Made by a program: the position numbers and the translations under genes. Under the pieces are notes generated by a model, which searched no databases, was not told the DNA's origin, and saw only the letters and a list, made by a program, of their open reading frames with translations. Below are positions 38,384-48,688 of a stretch of DNA of 64,000 bases, in pieces (position 1 is the stretch's first letter; every line of letters begins with the position of its first letter). Origin of the DNA: Escherichia phage N2; sequence record ON645936.1; one strand, given 5' to 3'.

Positions 38384-38455
38384 TGGCCCTGGGTGGAATT
38401 GAACCACCATCTGGCGATTATGAGTCGCTTGCTTGAACCTTCCAGCTACAGGGCC
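38384..38455 (-). tRNA. tRNA with CAU anticodon (Ile2/Met-type)
   Basis: manual fold: acceptor GGCCCUG/CAGGGCC, anticodon loop CUCAUAA, T-arm GGUGG-UUCAAUU-CCACC. Confidence 0.75.
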
Positions 38456-38456
38456 T

Positions 38457-38532
38457 TGGTGCTGATTGACGGAATCGAACCGCCGACCTTCTCATTACAA
38501 GTGAGTTGCTCTACCTACTGAGCTAAATCAGC
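38457..38532 (-). tRNA. tRNA-Thr (UGU), CCA encoded
   Basis: acceptor GCUGAUU/AAUCAGC, anticodon loop CUUGUAA, T-arm GGCGG-UUCGAUU-CCGUC. Confidence 0.8.
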
Positions 38533-38539
38533 GAAATTA

Positions 38540-38626
38540 CGGAGGCGATAGGATTCGAACCTATGAGTCGCCGGAGCGACTGCCGGTTTTCAAGACCGGT
38601 GCATTAAACCACTCTGCCACGCCTCC
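38540..38626 (-). tRNA. tRNA-Ser (UGA), long variable arm
   Basis: acceptor GGAGGCG/CGCCUCC, anticodon stem-loop CCGGU-CUUGAAA-ACCGG, 87 nt. Confidence 0.8.
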
Positions 38627-38628
38627 AG

Positions 38629-38702
38629 TCTCCATACAAGGATTTGAACCTTGGACCTCCTGATCCCAAATCAGGCGCTCTACCAAACTGAGCTACACGG
38701 AG
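38629..38702 (-). tRNA. tRNA-Pro (UGG)
   Basis: acceptor CUCCGUG/UAUGGAG (two G-U pairs), anticodon loop UUUGGGA, T-arm CAAGG-UUCAAAU-CCUUG. Confidence 0.75.
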
Positions 38703-38712
38703 TAAATTAAAT

Positions 38713-38786
<74 letters not shown>

Positions 38787-38791
38787 AAATT

Positions 38792-38878
38792 TGGTGCGAG
38801 AAGTGGGACTCGAACCCACAAGGAAATCATTCCGCAGCATTTTAAGTGCTGTGCCTTTACCAATTTGACCATTCTCGC
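38792..38878 (-). tRNA. tRNA-Leu (UAA), long variable arm, CCA encoded
   Basis: acceptor GCGAGAA/UUCUCGC, anticodon stem-loop CAGCA-CUUAAAA-UGCUG, 87 nt. Confidence 0.8.
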
Positions 38879-38879
38879 G

Positions 38880-38952
38880 CTGGGAATAAAGGACTCGAAC
38901 CTTTGCATCCTGGAATCAAAATCCAGTGCCTTACCAACTTGGCTAATTCCCA
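38880..38952 (-). tRNA. tRNA-Gln (UUG)
   Basis: acceptor UGGGAAU/AUUCCCA, anticodon stem-loop CUGGA-UUUUGAU-UCCAG. Confidence 0.8.
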
Positions 38953-39038
38953 ATTATTAACAAAGGCTCTCAGGCAAGAACCCTTGATGATAGAGGGTAT
39001 TAATCAATGCGATATGAGTTAATAATAACAAATAATTC

Positions 39039-39554
39039 TTAAAGCAAATCAACCATTTTAACAGTCGGCAAAACAATTTCTTCTTCGATATAAGCAAATT
39101 CTACATGTTCAACTACACGCAAGAAATCATATTCATAGTATTCAGAAGCATGACCAAGAATATCAATGAGGCCTTCAGATATCTTATTACCATTCACAAA
39201 GAATAAGTCAAATACACGTTCTTCATCTTCTTCAGATTTATTACCAAGGTCAACTTCTATATCAAAGACCTTTTTAATGAATTCTGGATAAAGTTGGTCT
39301 GAGAACAGTCCTTCAACCAAATATTCATATATAAAAAGCTCTTGCTCGCTGAACAAACCATTACCACAATAACGGTCAGCTTTAGTGCTAGAATGACGAC
39401 TCTTAAATTTCTTTAAAAGATATTTAAATTGTTGGAGCTCATGCTCTTCTACGCCAAACAGTGTTTTGGTTTTATAGTTGTCACCATCATTTTCGCAGGT
39501 AGTGACATCAATTACGTAGCCCTTAGGAATTGTGCTGCCTAAACGAATATACAT
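39039..39554 (-). CDS. hypothetical acidic protein
   Basis: 171-aa ORF. Confidence 0.45.
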   Translation of the reverse strand: MYIRLGSTIPKGYVIDVTTCENDGDNYKTKTLFGVEEHELQQFKYLLKKFKSRHSSTKADRYCGNGLFSEQELFIYEYLVEGLFSDQLYPEFIKKVFDIEVDLGNKSEEDEERVFDLFFVNGNKISEGLIDILGHASEYYEYDFLRVVEHVEFAYIEEEIVLPTVKMVDLL

Positions 39555-39844
39555 TTGCTCACCATGTTAATGTAAGTATATTTAATACATTCAAGACCCA
39601 AAGGATTCTTGAAAATATCATATTCAAGAGGACCTTTTTCTGTTTCAATAAAAAAATCAAAATTTACTGTGTTAAATTTACGGTCTTCCTTAACTAATTT
39701 AACCTGAGAAGATGAACGGTCAATGTAAACCTTTTCAACTTCAAAACATGATAAAATGCCATAATCATCAATCAAGGCTTTAGCCGCGTCTTGATCATAT
39801 TTATATCCATTTTCAATGGACGATACTTTCGCATAAAGAATCAT
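39539..39844 (-). CDS. hypothetical protein
   Basis: 101-aa ORF. Confidence 0.45.
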   Translation of the reverse strand: MILYAKVSSIENGYKYDQDAAKALIDDYGILSCFEVEKVYIDRSSSQVKLVKEDRKFNTVNFDFFIETEKGPLEYDIFKNPLGLECIKYTYINMVSKCIFV

Positions 39845-39846
39845 TA

Positions 39847-40257
39847 TTAACCTCTATCAACGATAGCATGAGTATGAGCATTTACAATTTGCCACCAGTC
39901 GAAACGATTGGAACCATAATCTGGTTTATTTTCATTTTCTTTAATGATATCACGTAGTTTATCTTCTGTTTCAGCATACGCAATTAAATCATCATATCCA
40001 CCGCAAGGATAATAATTATCACCTGCGAATAAAAGAAAATTTACCTTAGATGGATTTACGTAATAACAGTCTTTAGGATATTTAGTTCCTCTCCAATCAG
40101 TTACTTCAACATAACGGTAAGAAAATCCATTTTTGCTTTCAATCCAACTCCACGCTTCAAAAGGAGTATTAAAAACTTTATCAGGTATTAAATTACCTTC
40201 AAAATGAGAAGGATTTGCATAATCCCCAGCATAAACATAATATTCGTTAATACTCAT
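39847..40257 (-). CDS. hypothetical protein
   Basis: 136-aa ORF. Confidence 0.45.
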   Translation of the reverse strand: MSINEYYVYAGDYANPSHFEGNLIPDKVFNTPFEAWSWIESKNGFSYRYVEVTDWRGTKYPKDCYYVNPSKVNFLLFAGDNYYPCGGYDDLIAYAETEDKLRDIIKENENKPDYGSNRFDWWQIVNAHTHAIVDRG

Positions 40258-40482
40258 TTATTCACCTTTAGAAATTTTATCCATAACAATAGCGATTAAA
40301 CCAATTAAAAATGCTACTACAAGTGAAAACACATTTTCTGCTGTAGTCAATAATCCGCATATAAATCCAACAAACATTGAAAAACTAAATGCAGAAGCAG
40401 AAATTGCAATAGCAACATTTCGAATTAATTCACAGCGTTTCATTTTTATTCTCCTCAGTAGTTGATAGGGTAATAATATCAC
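40258..40482 (-). CDS. hypothetical small membrane protein
   Basis: 74 aa with two hydrophobic segments; downstream of promoter 40473-40502. Confidence 0.45.
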   Translation of the reverse strand: MILLPYQLLRRIKMKRCELIRNVAIAISASAFSFSMFVGFICGLLTTAENVFSLVVAFLIGLIAIVMDKISKGE

Positions 40483-40502
40483 TACCCCATCTAAAAGTAA
40501 AC
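40473..40502 (-). promoter_or_regulatory. T4-type early promoter (GTTTAC-N18-TATTAT)
   Basis: minus-strand hexamers with 18-nt spacer. Confidence 0.5.
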
Positions 40503-40514
40503 TGTTTTTATAAA

Positions 40515-40823
40515 CTATTTTATTCCGCGTGATGCAATTGTATTCTGTCGTTTAGCACCAGTTTGTTTAAAGTCATGATTGTCGATTTGATCGGTACGAG
40601 CAACTCCGAATGATGATTTAATCTTAGCTTTAGATCCTTTAGTTATAGAAATAAACATCTCGGAAGCCCCTTTCTTAAAGTCCGAAGCAATTACTTCAAC
40701 ACCGTTCTTAGCAAGTGACTTCAGAATTGCCTCCGCGTACTCATCATCAAGACTCGCTTGAGTATTAATAACGAATGTCTTTGGCGCAGCCGCTTCATTG
40801 ATAAATTCTTTAAATGTTTTCAT
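40515..40823 (-). CDS. internal-protein-like packaged protein (IPI-type) with capsid-targeting sequence
   Basis: 102 aa; N-terminus MKTFKEFINEA (CTS with I-N-E cleavage motif); basic. Confidence 0.6.
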   Translation of the reverse strand: MKTFKEFINEAAAPKTFVINTQASLDDEYAEAILKSLAKNGVEVIASDFKKGASEMFISITKGSKAKIKSSFGVARTDQIDNHDFKQTGAKRQNTIASRGIK

Positions 40824-40853
40824 TTTATTTTCCTAATTAATTTTGATGAGATA

Positions 40854-40883
40854 ATAGTACCACAACCCTATTTAAAAGTAAAC
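40854..40883 (-). promoter_or_regulatory. T4-type early promoter
   Basis: GTTTAC-N18-TACTAT on minus strand. Confidence 0.5.
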
Positions 40884-41156
40884 TCATTTTAAATAAATTG
40901 CGTATTTTTTATAACCCGCTGACTCATGACGAAGACCCTTATCATTAGCAAAACGCTCAATGTTGTTAATTTGATTCTGGTCAAGTTCAGAGATGTCAAA
41001 CACGAAAAAGTTACGTTTGTTACCAACTGTTACATAGTCAGTTAAATCAATATCATATAGGTAATTGATGTCAGCAATCAAAGTCTTGACAGCTTTGCTA
41101 ATTTTTACTTTTTCGTTAAAAGTAGCTTCATTGATAAATTCTTTAAATGTTTTCAT
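40884..41156 (-). CDS. second internal-protein-like packaged protein with capsid-targeting sequence
   Basis: ORF 40884-41168; start taken at MKTFKEFINEA to match the CTS. Confidence 0.55.
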   Translation of the reverse strand: MKTFKEFINEATFNEKVKISKAVKTLIADINYLYDIDLTDYVTVGNKRNFFVFDISELDQNQINNIERFANDKGLRHESAGYKKYAIYLK

Positions 41157-41192
41157 TTTATTCTCCAATCACCCATTTATTTTGATAGGGTA

Positions 41193-41222
41193 ATAGTATC
41201 ACAACTAAAACCCCGTGTAAAT
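41193..41222 (-). promoter_or_regulatory. T4-type early promoter (ATTTAC variant)
   Basis: ATTTAC-N18-TACTAT on minus strand. Confidence 0.4.
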
Positions 41223-41234
41223 AACTTTGTGAAA

Positions 41235-41931
<697 letters not shown>

Positions 41932-41932
<1 letters not shown>

Positions 41933-42657
41933 TATAGTACCTTTAGTGTATTTTTAATTTTAGAAAAAAGTTCTTCAAGAGAACCATCGTTTGTAATTAC
42001 TAAATCGCCATCACGAATTGGCAATCCAGCTTCTGTAATATGAGTATCATTGGATTTTTGACCAGGACGAACTACATGAATTACTGTAGCACCCATCGCC
42101 CTAGCCGCATCCATTTCATGATCTTGACGAGTATCAGGAACGATATAATAATCATAACCTGAGTTAAATTTATCAAGATAATCTAAAGCAAATAATTTTA
42201 CCCAATACATGCGGTCGAAGTTATTAACAATCAAATCCGTACCTAGGGCTTGCATCAGACGACGGACTGACCATTGATCTTCAATATTATTTATAACGTC
42301 AGCAATCTTGTTAAATGCTACGAAAGTAACTGATTCTTTTCCTTCGTCATCAAAAACAAGCACACCTTTAATTGGGCTTTTACTATTAAGATAGCAAAAT
42401 GCTTGTTCCATAATCGTAATTACTTCTAATTTAGTCAGATTTAAATTAGTTTCACGATCATAGTCAATTCCTTCAAACTCTTTACGAGTTAAACAAGGAT
42501 AGTCGGTGTTTGCTGCAAATACACCCCATGCATATGCCAATGCATCCTTAATAGGACCAGCAAGTTGATATTTAACTGCAGAATAATTTTCCATGATAAA
42601 ATCTGCAGTAGTATCTTTTCCACTGCGCTTTACACCACTTAAAAAGATTAGTTTCAT
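41932..42657 (-). CDS. 1: deoxynucleoside monophosphate kinase gp1
   Basis: 241 aa; P-loop GVKRSGKDT; matches T4 gp1. Confidence 0.9.
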
Positions 42658-42706
42658 ATGTTTCTCCTCAAATTTAGTTAAGATTATAACACATGAAACT
42701 GAAGCA

Positions 42707-43237
42707 TTAAACTTCTGCTATAATTTTGCCATCTTTTTCTACTTGAAAATACGTATAAGGAATCGTTGCTGTGCATACTAAAGCTGGGTCTGAATCTTCC
42801 GTGTAGCTAAATTCTACTTCAGACAGGTCAGAAACCCAAGGCTTATAAAAATTTATTGACATCACGATTTCAGTTTTACTGTTATCTAAAATGTAAAGCG
42901 TAATGTATTCAGGACCTGTTTTTTGGGCAGTATTTTCGCCTGTAAGATAGTTACTAGTTCCTAGCATCCATTCATACATTCCTATCCACGACTTAAGCTC
43001 TTCATCAACTATAAATCTCACGATGAGTGGATCGTACTCAAATGTAACTCCTGGACGCTGTGCTCGGCCTAGTCCAAACGGCCCAGTCACGGTATCGGTA
43101 ACAGGTATTCTAATTCCTGGAATAGGAACTGACTGAGCATTTAAAGTAAAAGCAGATGTAGTATTACTATGCGGTATTGATACTACAAAGTTAGTTGTAT
43201 TTGCTTGGTTAAAAATTTGTTGCAGAGCTTGTGACAT
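42707..43237 (-). CDS. 3: tail completion / sheath stabiliser gp3
   Basis: ORF 42707-43318; start at MSQALQQIF gives 176 aa as in T4 gp3. Confidence 0.8.
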   Translation of the reverse strand: MSQALQQIFNQANTTNFVVSIPHSNTTSAFTLNAQSVPIPGIRIPVTDTVTGPFGLGRAQRPGVTFEYDPLIVRFIVDEELKSWIGMYEWMLGTSNYLTGENTAQKTGPEYITLYILDNSKTEIVMSINFYKPWVSDLSEVEFSYTEDSDPALVCTATIPYTYFQVEKDGKIIAEV

Positions 43238-43343
43238 ATATTCCTCATAATGCTTTATAAATGTTGGTGGTATAATGGGTCTAAGTCCCTTCCATTCAAT
43301 TCCAATTAGAACAAACAATAGAAAAGAATGGAAGATAATAGAA

Positions 43344-44168
43344 TTAGATATTTGACCAGACTTTGTTTGCAGAGAAACGTTTTCCTTTTGAAACGAACTG
43401 CTGAAGTGGCATTAACACAACGTTCGCCCAGTCTTTCGGGGCGATTTCAACTAGGCTACCCATAATATTACCAGGTATATATGCCTTAATCATTTGGTCT
43501 GCACCCCTAAATCCTTTCACTTGACTCCAATCAATTTTTAATTTCGTTTTATTAGTAATAGTAGGTGTATTCGAATATTGCTTTAAAAGCTCTTCTAGAA
43601 ATTGCTGACGAGCTTTAGGTGGAATATAGTGCAAGTTCAATCCGTACATTAAATTGTGTTTACCTAAACCGAGGTAAATTATCAAAGGAAATTTATCCCA
43701 ATAAGGAAGAGTTTCTTTGTGTTTAGCATCGTAAGCAAAAGCATATATTCGTCCCGGCTGCGGGCGAACAACTTTATGTCCTTTTACTTGCTTAATAGTT
43801 TCAGCAAACCACTTTCTGGTTTTATTATTAATTGCTGCACCTTCATTACGAATTTTATCACGCAATGTTTGTCTGAATGAATTTATCATAAGCAGTTGTC
43901 TTTCTTGCTTATTGAGTTTATTCATTGGTTTTGATTCAAGCTTTTGAATCTTTTCAGCCGTTTTAATTCCTGAAGCATATTTTGACATTGCCGAAGTAAA
44001 CGTAGAATATTTAATTCCTCTTTCTTCAGCAAATTGCTTTCCTGTCATTCCTTTTGCTTTGGCCTTTTTGTATTCAAGACCTATCTGAATCCATTTCTTT
44101 TCGTTTAATGATTGCTTAACCTTTGGAACTTGGGGAGTGCTTTCATTAATTATTTGAAAAATAGCCAT
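43344..44168 (-). CDS. 2: DNA end-protector protein gp2
   Basis: 274 aa; size and position match T4 gp2. Confidence 0.85.
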   Translation of the reverse strand: MAIFQIINESTPQVPKVKQSLNEKKWIQIGLEYKKAKAKGMTGKQFAEERGIKYSTFTSAMSKYASGIKTAEKIQKLESKPMNKLNKQERQLLMINSFRQTLRDKIRNEGAAINNKTRKWFAETIKQVKGHKVVRPQPGRIYAFAYDAKHKETLPYWDKFPLIIYLGLGKHNLMYGLNLHYIPPKARQQFLEELLKQYSNTPTITNKTKLKIDWSQVKGFRGADQMIKAYIPGNIMGSLVEIAPKDWANVVLMPLQQFVSKGKRFSANKVWSNI

Positions 44169-44620
44169 TATGCCCCCTTAAAGCCAAGAGCTCTTAATCC
44201 ATCTTCTGTTAGAATTCTAAATTTTATTCCACGCTTTTCAGCTAAAGCTTGCGCTGCTTTCCATTTGTCAGTATTAACGGAATATGTATAAATTTCATTC
44301 ATAAATCTTTTCTTCGCTGCAGTTGTTAGATGTGCTGGTTTAACCGGCGGTTGTGTTTCTTTTTTAGGTTTTATTTCAATAAAAAATTCTTGTCCAGAAG
44401 AATCTTTCATCCAAATATCCATGAAGTATCTACGTTTTTTCCCTTCTGCATTACAAAAATAAGGAATTACTGCTGTTTCACTACCCCATGCAATAATTTC
44501 TGGATTTTTATCTAACCATTCAAAAAAGAATTTTTCCCAATTTGATCTATACGTAATTTTTTTAGGGTCACCTCTATATTTTGATATATTTTTAGGAACC
44601 CATTTTCCAGAATATGCCAT
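44168..44620 (-). CDS. 4: head completion protein gp4
   Basis: 150 aa; size and position match T4 gp4. Confidence 0.85.
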   Translation of the reverse strand: MAYSGKWVPKNISKYRGDPKKITYRSNWEKFFFEWLDKNPEIIAWGSETAVIPYFCNAEGKKRRYFMDIWMKDSSGQEFFIEIKPKKETQPPVKPAHLTTAAKKRFMNEIYTYSVNTDKWKAAQALAEKRGIKFRILTEDGLRALGFKGA

Positions 44621-44631
44621 TGGATTCTCCT

Positions 44632-44639
44632 TATAAATA
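44632..44639 (+). promoter_or_regulatory. late promoter TATAAATA for gene 53
   Basis: exact TATAAATA 29 nt upstream of the 53 start, followed by AGGAGGG Shine-Dalgarno. Confidence 0.6.
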
Positions 44640-44646
44640 GATAATA

Positions 44647-44654
44647 TATTTATA
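44647..44654 (-). promoter_or_regulatory. divergent late promoter TATAAATA for genes 4-2-3
   Basis: exact TATAAATA on minus strand in the 4/53 intergenic region. Confidence 0.55.
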
Positions 44655-44667
44655 AACAGGAGGGCCC

Positions 44668-45258
44668 ATGCTCTTTACATTTTTTGATCCGATTGAATAT
44701 GCGGCCAAAACGGTGAATAAAAACGCGCCGACTATTCCTATGACAGATATTTTTAGAAACTATAAAGACTATTTCAAACGTGCTCTTGCGGGATACCGTT
44801 TACGCACTTATTATATTAAAGGTTCACCACGCCCGGAAGAATTAGCAAATGCTATATATGGAAATCCGCAGTTGTATTGGGTTTTATTGATGTGTAATGA
44901 TAATTATGATCCGTATTATGGATGGATTACTTCGCAAGAAGCTGCTTATCAAGCATCTATACAAAAATACAAAAACGTAGGTGGAGACCAAATAGTATAT
45001 CATGTGAATGAGAATGGTGAAAAATTTTATAATTTAATATCATACGATGATAATCCGTATGTTTGGTATGACAAAGGCGATAAAGCCAGAAAATATCCTC
45101 AATATGAAGGAGCACTTGCTGCGGTCGATACGTATGAAGCTGCTGTTCTTGAAAATGAAAAACTTCGTCAAATAAAAATAATAGCAAAATCAGACATTAA
45201 TTCATTTATGAACGACCTTATACGTATAATGGAGAAATCTTATGGAAATGATAAGTAA
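44668..45258 (+). CDS. 53: baseplate wedge subunit gp53
   Basis: 196 aa; size and order match T4. Confidence 0.9.
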   Translation: MLFTFFDPIEYAAKTVNKNAPTIPMTDIFRNYKDYFKRALAGYRLRTYYIKGSPRPEELANAIYGNPQLYWVLLMCNDNYDPYYGWITSQEAAYQASIQKYKNVGGDQIVYHVNENGEKFYNLISYDDNPYVWYDKGDKARKYPQYEGALAAVDTYEAAVLENEKLRQIKIIAKSDINSFMNDLIRIMEKSYGNDK

Positions 45259-46972
45259 TAACCTCAACTGGTTTGTTGGTGTTGTTGAAGATAGAATGGA
45301 CCCATTAAAATTAGGTCGTGTTCGTGTTCGTGTGGTTGGTCTGCATCCACCCCAAAGAGCGCAAGGCGATGTAATGGGTATTCCAACCGATAAATTGCCA
45401 TGGATGTCAGTTATTCAACCGATAACTTCTGCAGCAATGTCTGGAATTGGAGGTTCTGTTACAGGACCAGTAGAAGGAACTAGAGTTTATGGTCATTTTT
45501 TAGACAAATGGAAAACTAACGGAATTGTCCTTGGCACGTATGGTGGGATAGTTCGCGAAAAACCTAATAGACTTGAAGGATTTTCTGACCCAACTGGGCA
45601 GTATCCTAGACGTCTAGGAAATGATACTAACGTATTAAACCAAGGCGGAGAAGTAGGATATGATTCGTCTTCTAACATTATCCAAGATAGCAATCTAGAC
45701 ACTGCGATAAATCCTGATGATAGACCGCTATCAGAGATTCCAACTGATGATAATCCAAATATGTCAATGGCTGAAATGCTTCGCCGTGATGAAGGATTAA
45801 GACTAAAAGTTTATTGGGATACAGAAGGATATCCGACAATTGGTATTGGTCATCTTATCATGAAGCAGCCAGTTCGTGATATGGCCCAAATTAATAAAGT
45901 TTTATCAAAACAAGTTGGTCGTGAAATTACCGGAAATCCAGGTTCTATTACAATGGAAGAAGCGGTAACTTTATTTGAACGTGATTTGGCTGATATGCAA
46001 CGTGACATTAAATTACATTCTAAAGTTGGCCCAGTTTGGCAGGCAGTTAATCGTTCTCGTCAAATGGCATTAGAAAATATGGCATTTCAGATGGGCGTCG
46101 GCGGTGTAGCTAAATTTAACACAATGTTAACTGCTATGTTAGCCGGAGATTGGGAAAAAGCATACAAAGCCGGTCGTGATTCATTATGGTATCAACAAAC
46201 AAAAGGCCGTGCATCCCGTGTTACCATGATTATTCTTACAGGGAATTTGGAATCATACGGTATTGAAGTGAAAACTCCAGCTAGGTCTTTATCAGCAATG
46301 GCTGCTACTGTAGCAAAGTCTTCTGACCCGGCTGACCCTCCTATTCCGAATGATTCGAGAATTTTATTCAAAGAACCTGTTTCTTCATATAAAGGTGAAT
46401 ATCCGTATGTTCACACAATGGAAACTGAAAGCGGTCATATTCAGGAATTTGATGATACCCCTGGGCAAGAACGATACAGATTAGTTCATCCGACTGGAAC
46501 GTATGAGGAAGTATCACCATCAGGAAGAAGAACAAGAAAAACTGTTGATAATTTGTATGATATAACAAATGCTGATGGTAATTTTTTAGTAGCCGGCGAT
46601 AAAAAGACTAACGTCGGTGGATCAGAAATTTATTACAACATGGATAATCGTCTTCACCAAATAGATGGAAGCAACACAATATTTGTGCGTGGCGATGAAA
46701 CTAAGACAGTTGAAGGTAATGGAACTATCCTAGTCAAAGGTAATGTTACTATTGTAGTTGAAGGTAATGCTGACATTACAGTTAAAGGAGATGCTACTAC
46801 TTTAGTTGAAGGAAATCAGACTAATACAGTAAATGGAAATCTTTCTTGGAAAGTTGCTGGGACAGTTGATTGGGACGTTGGTGGCGATTGGACAGAAAAA
46901 ATGGCATCTATGAGTTCTATTTCATCTGGTCAATACACAATTGATGGTAGCCGTATAGACGTAGGTTTATAA
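45242..46972 (+). CDS. 5: baseplate hub / tail lysozyme gp5
   Basis: 576 aa; internal lysozyme domain EGLRLKVYWDTEGYPTIGIGHL; C-terminal beta-helix VxGxxxxx repeats. Confidence 0.95.
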   Translation: MEMISNNLNWFVGVVEDRMDPLKLGRVRVRVVGLHPPQRAQGDVMGIPTDKLPWMSVIQPITSAAMSGIGGSVTGPVEGTRVYGHFLDKWKTNGIVLGTYGGIVREKPNRLEGFSDPTGQYPRRLGNDTNVLNQGGEVGYDSSSNIIQDSNLDTAINPDDRPLSEIPTDDNPNMSMAEMLRRDEGLRLKVYWDTEGYPTIGIGHLIMKQPVRDMAQINKVLSKQVGREITGNPGSITMEEAVTLFERDLADMQRDIKLHSKVGPVWQAVNRSRQMALENMAFQMGVGGVAKFNTMLTAMLAGDWEKAYKAGRDSLWYQQTKGRASRVTMIILTGNLESYGIEVKTPARSLSAMAATVAKSSDPADPPIPNDSRILFKEPVSSYKGEYPYVHTMETESGHIQEFDDTPGQERYRLVHPTGTYEEVSPSGRRTRKTVDNLYDITNADGNFLVAGDKKTNVGGSEIYYNMDNRLHQIDGSNTIFVRGDETKTVEGNGTILVKGNVTIVVEGNADITVKGDATTLVEGNQTNTVNGNLSWKVAGTVDWDVGGDWTEKMASMSSISSGQYTIDGSRIDVGL

Positions 46973-46975
46973 ATA
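46968..46975 (+). promoter_or_regulatory. late promoter TATAAATA overlapping the gene 5 stop
   Basis: exact TATAAATA 16 nt upstream of the Seg-like ORF. Confidence 0.5.
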
Positions 46976-46990
46976 ATTCAGAGGTGAATT

Positions 46991-47857
46991 ATGAAAAAAT
47001 CTAACACTGTTCAATTTAGATACATATATAAAACAACCGTTACTAATCCGAAAGGATTAGTACGTGTTTATATTGGTAAACATGAATCTAGATATTTTGA
47101 TTTAGAAAATGACAAGTATATAGGTTCCGGTGATTATATTAAAAAGATACGCAATAAACCTGGTTATAAAATAGATTTTGAAATAATTGAATTTGTTTCT
47201 ACTTATGAAATTCTTAATTTAAGAGAAAGGTATTGGATTTCGAAATATAAATCATCTGACATTCTATGTACCAATATAAAATCCGGCGGTGATGGTTTTT
47301 CATCCGAAGATTTGAAGAGAATGTGGTCTAATCCTGAATATAGGAAAGCTCAATTGAAGGCATTAGCTAAATCAACGTCAACTAAAGAATTTTCAGAGAA
47401 AATATCTAAAATAAACAAAGAAAGATGCGCATCACCAGAATATCGAAAGAAAATGAGTAATGCGATGAAAACTGCTTTTGAAAATGACCCAACATTAAAA
47501 ATTCGTATTTCTAATACCGTTAAATCTTTATGGAAATCCGATGAATACAGAAATAAATTAATCAATCATCCAGGAAAAATAGAAGGAACGAAACAATCAT
47601 GGAATGATCCTTTGATAAGAAAATCGAGATTAGATGCTAGAAATAAAAAACTAAGATCAGTTGAACCTTGGATTAGTATAGAAAAAGTCAAAAAACTTTG
47701 GGAGGATTTGGGAAAACCACATCCACAGAAATACAAATGGTTTAGAGAAAAAGCAATTGAACATGACCTCCCGGATGTAAGTTATAACGCAATTTTAAAA
47801 GCTTTGAAAAAATGTGATTATAAATTTACATCATTAGAGAATTCAACAATTGGCTAA
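46991..47857 (+). CDS. GIY-YIG homing endonuclease (Seg-like) inserted after gene 5
   Basis: 288 aa; YIYKTTVTN...VRVYIGKH...YIGSG; three WxNPEYR-type DNA-binding repeats. Confidence 0.75.
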   Translation: MKKSNTVQFRYIYKTTVTNPKGLVRVYIGKHESRYFDLENDKYIGSGDYIKKIRNKPGYKIDFEIIEFVSTYEILNLRERYWISKYKSSDILCTNIKSGGDGFSSEDLKRMWSNPEYRKAQLKALAKSTSTKEFSEKISKINKERCASPEYRKKMSNAMKTAFENDPTLKIRISNTVKSLWKSDEYRNKLINHPGKIEGTKQSWNDPLIRKSRLDARNKKLRSVEPWISIEKVKKLWEDLGKPHPQKYKWFREKAIEHDLPDVSYNAILKALKKCDYKFTSLENSTIG

Positions 47858-48386
47858 TATACTTCCAATGAGCGCTGATTTAGGAGAATCCATGGAAGGT
47901 TCTTCTATCGACGTCACCTTTACCGCTCAATTAGAAACGGGTGAAACGTTAGTATCTATAAATATAACTAGTTACGAAGAAACTCCTGGGGTTTTAGTAG
48001 AAGAAAATCGTTTATATGGAACGTATGAATCTGTATTTGGATTTGGAAATGATGCGCTGAAATATCGTTTAGATAATGAATTTAAAACTGCTTCTTCATG
48101 GGAAGACCTTCCAACTGATTCTAATACTCAGTTATATTTATGGAAAGCTCCTCAAAACCTCCAGAAGACATTCACTTACGAAGTAACATTAATATATGAC
48201 TACCAAGAACAAGGTGAATCTGGAGGTTCTAGCAGTAATTCTAGGTCATCTTCTGATACTACTGAACCAACGAATCCTCCAGCTCCAATAAGAAAAACCC
48301 TTGTTAAAAATTATACAAAAACTATAGTTGGAAATTGGAGTCGTTGGGCTAATAAATTGAGAAGCTACGTGTATGAGAGGCCATAA
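47850..48386 (+). CDS. hypothetical protein (5.1 position)
   Basis: 178-aa ORF between the Seg-like gene and 5.4. Confidence 0.5.
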
Positions 48387-48680
48387 ATGTCAGGATTAAG
48401 TTATGATAAGTGTGTTACTGCTGGCCATGAAGCATGGCCTCCAACAGTTGTGAATGCTACACAAAGTAAAGTATTCACTGGAGGAATTGCTGTTCTCGTA
48501 GCAGGTGATCCAATTACAGAACATACAGAAATTAAAAAGCCATATGAAACACATGGCGGAGTGACACAACCTAGAACTTCTAAGGTATATGTCACTGGAA
48601 AGAAAGCTGTTCAAATGGCTGATCCAATATCATGCGGTGATACTGTGGCTCAGGCATCATCTAAAGTATTCATTAAATAG
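48387..48680 (+). CDS. 5.4: baseplate spike tip PAAR-like protein gp5.4
   Basis: 97 aa; size and position match T4 gp5.4. Confidence 0.8.
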
Positions 48681-48688
48681 GATTCAAA

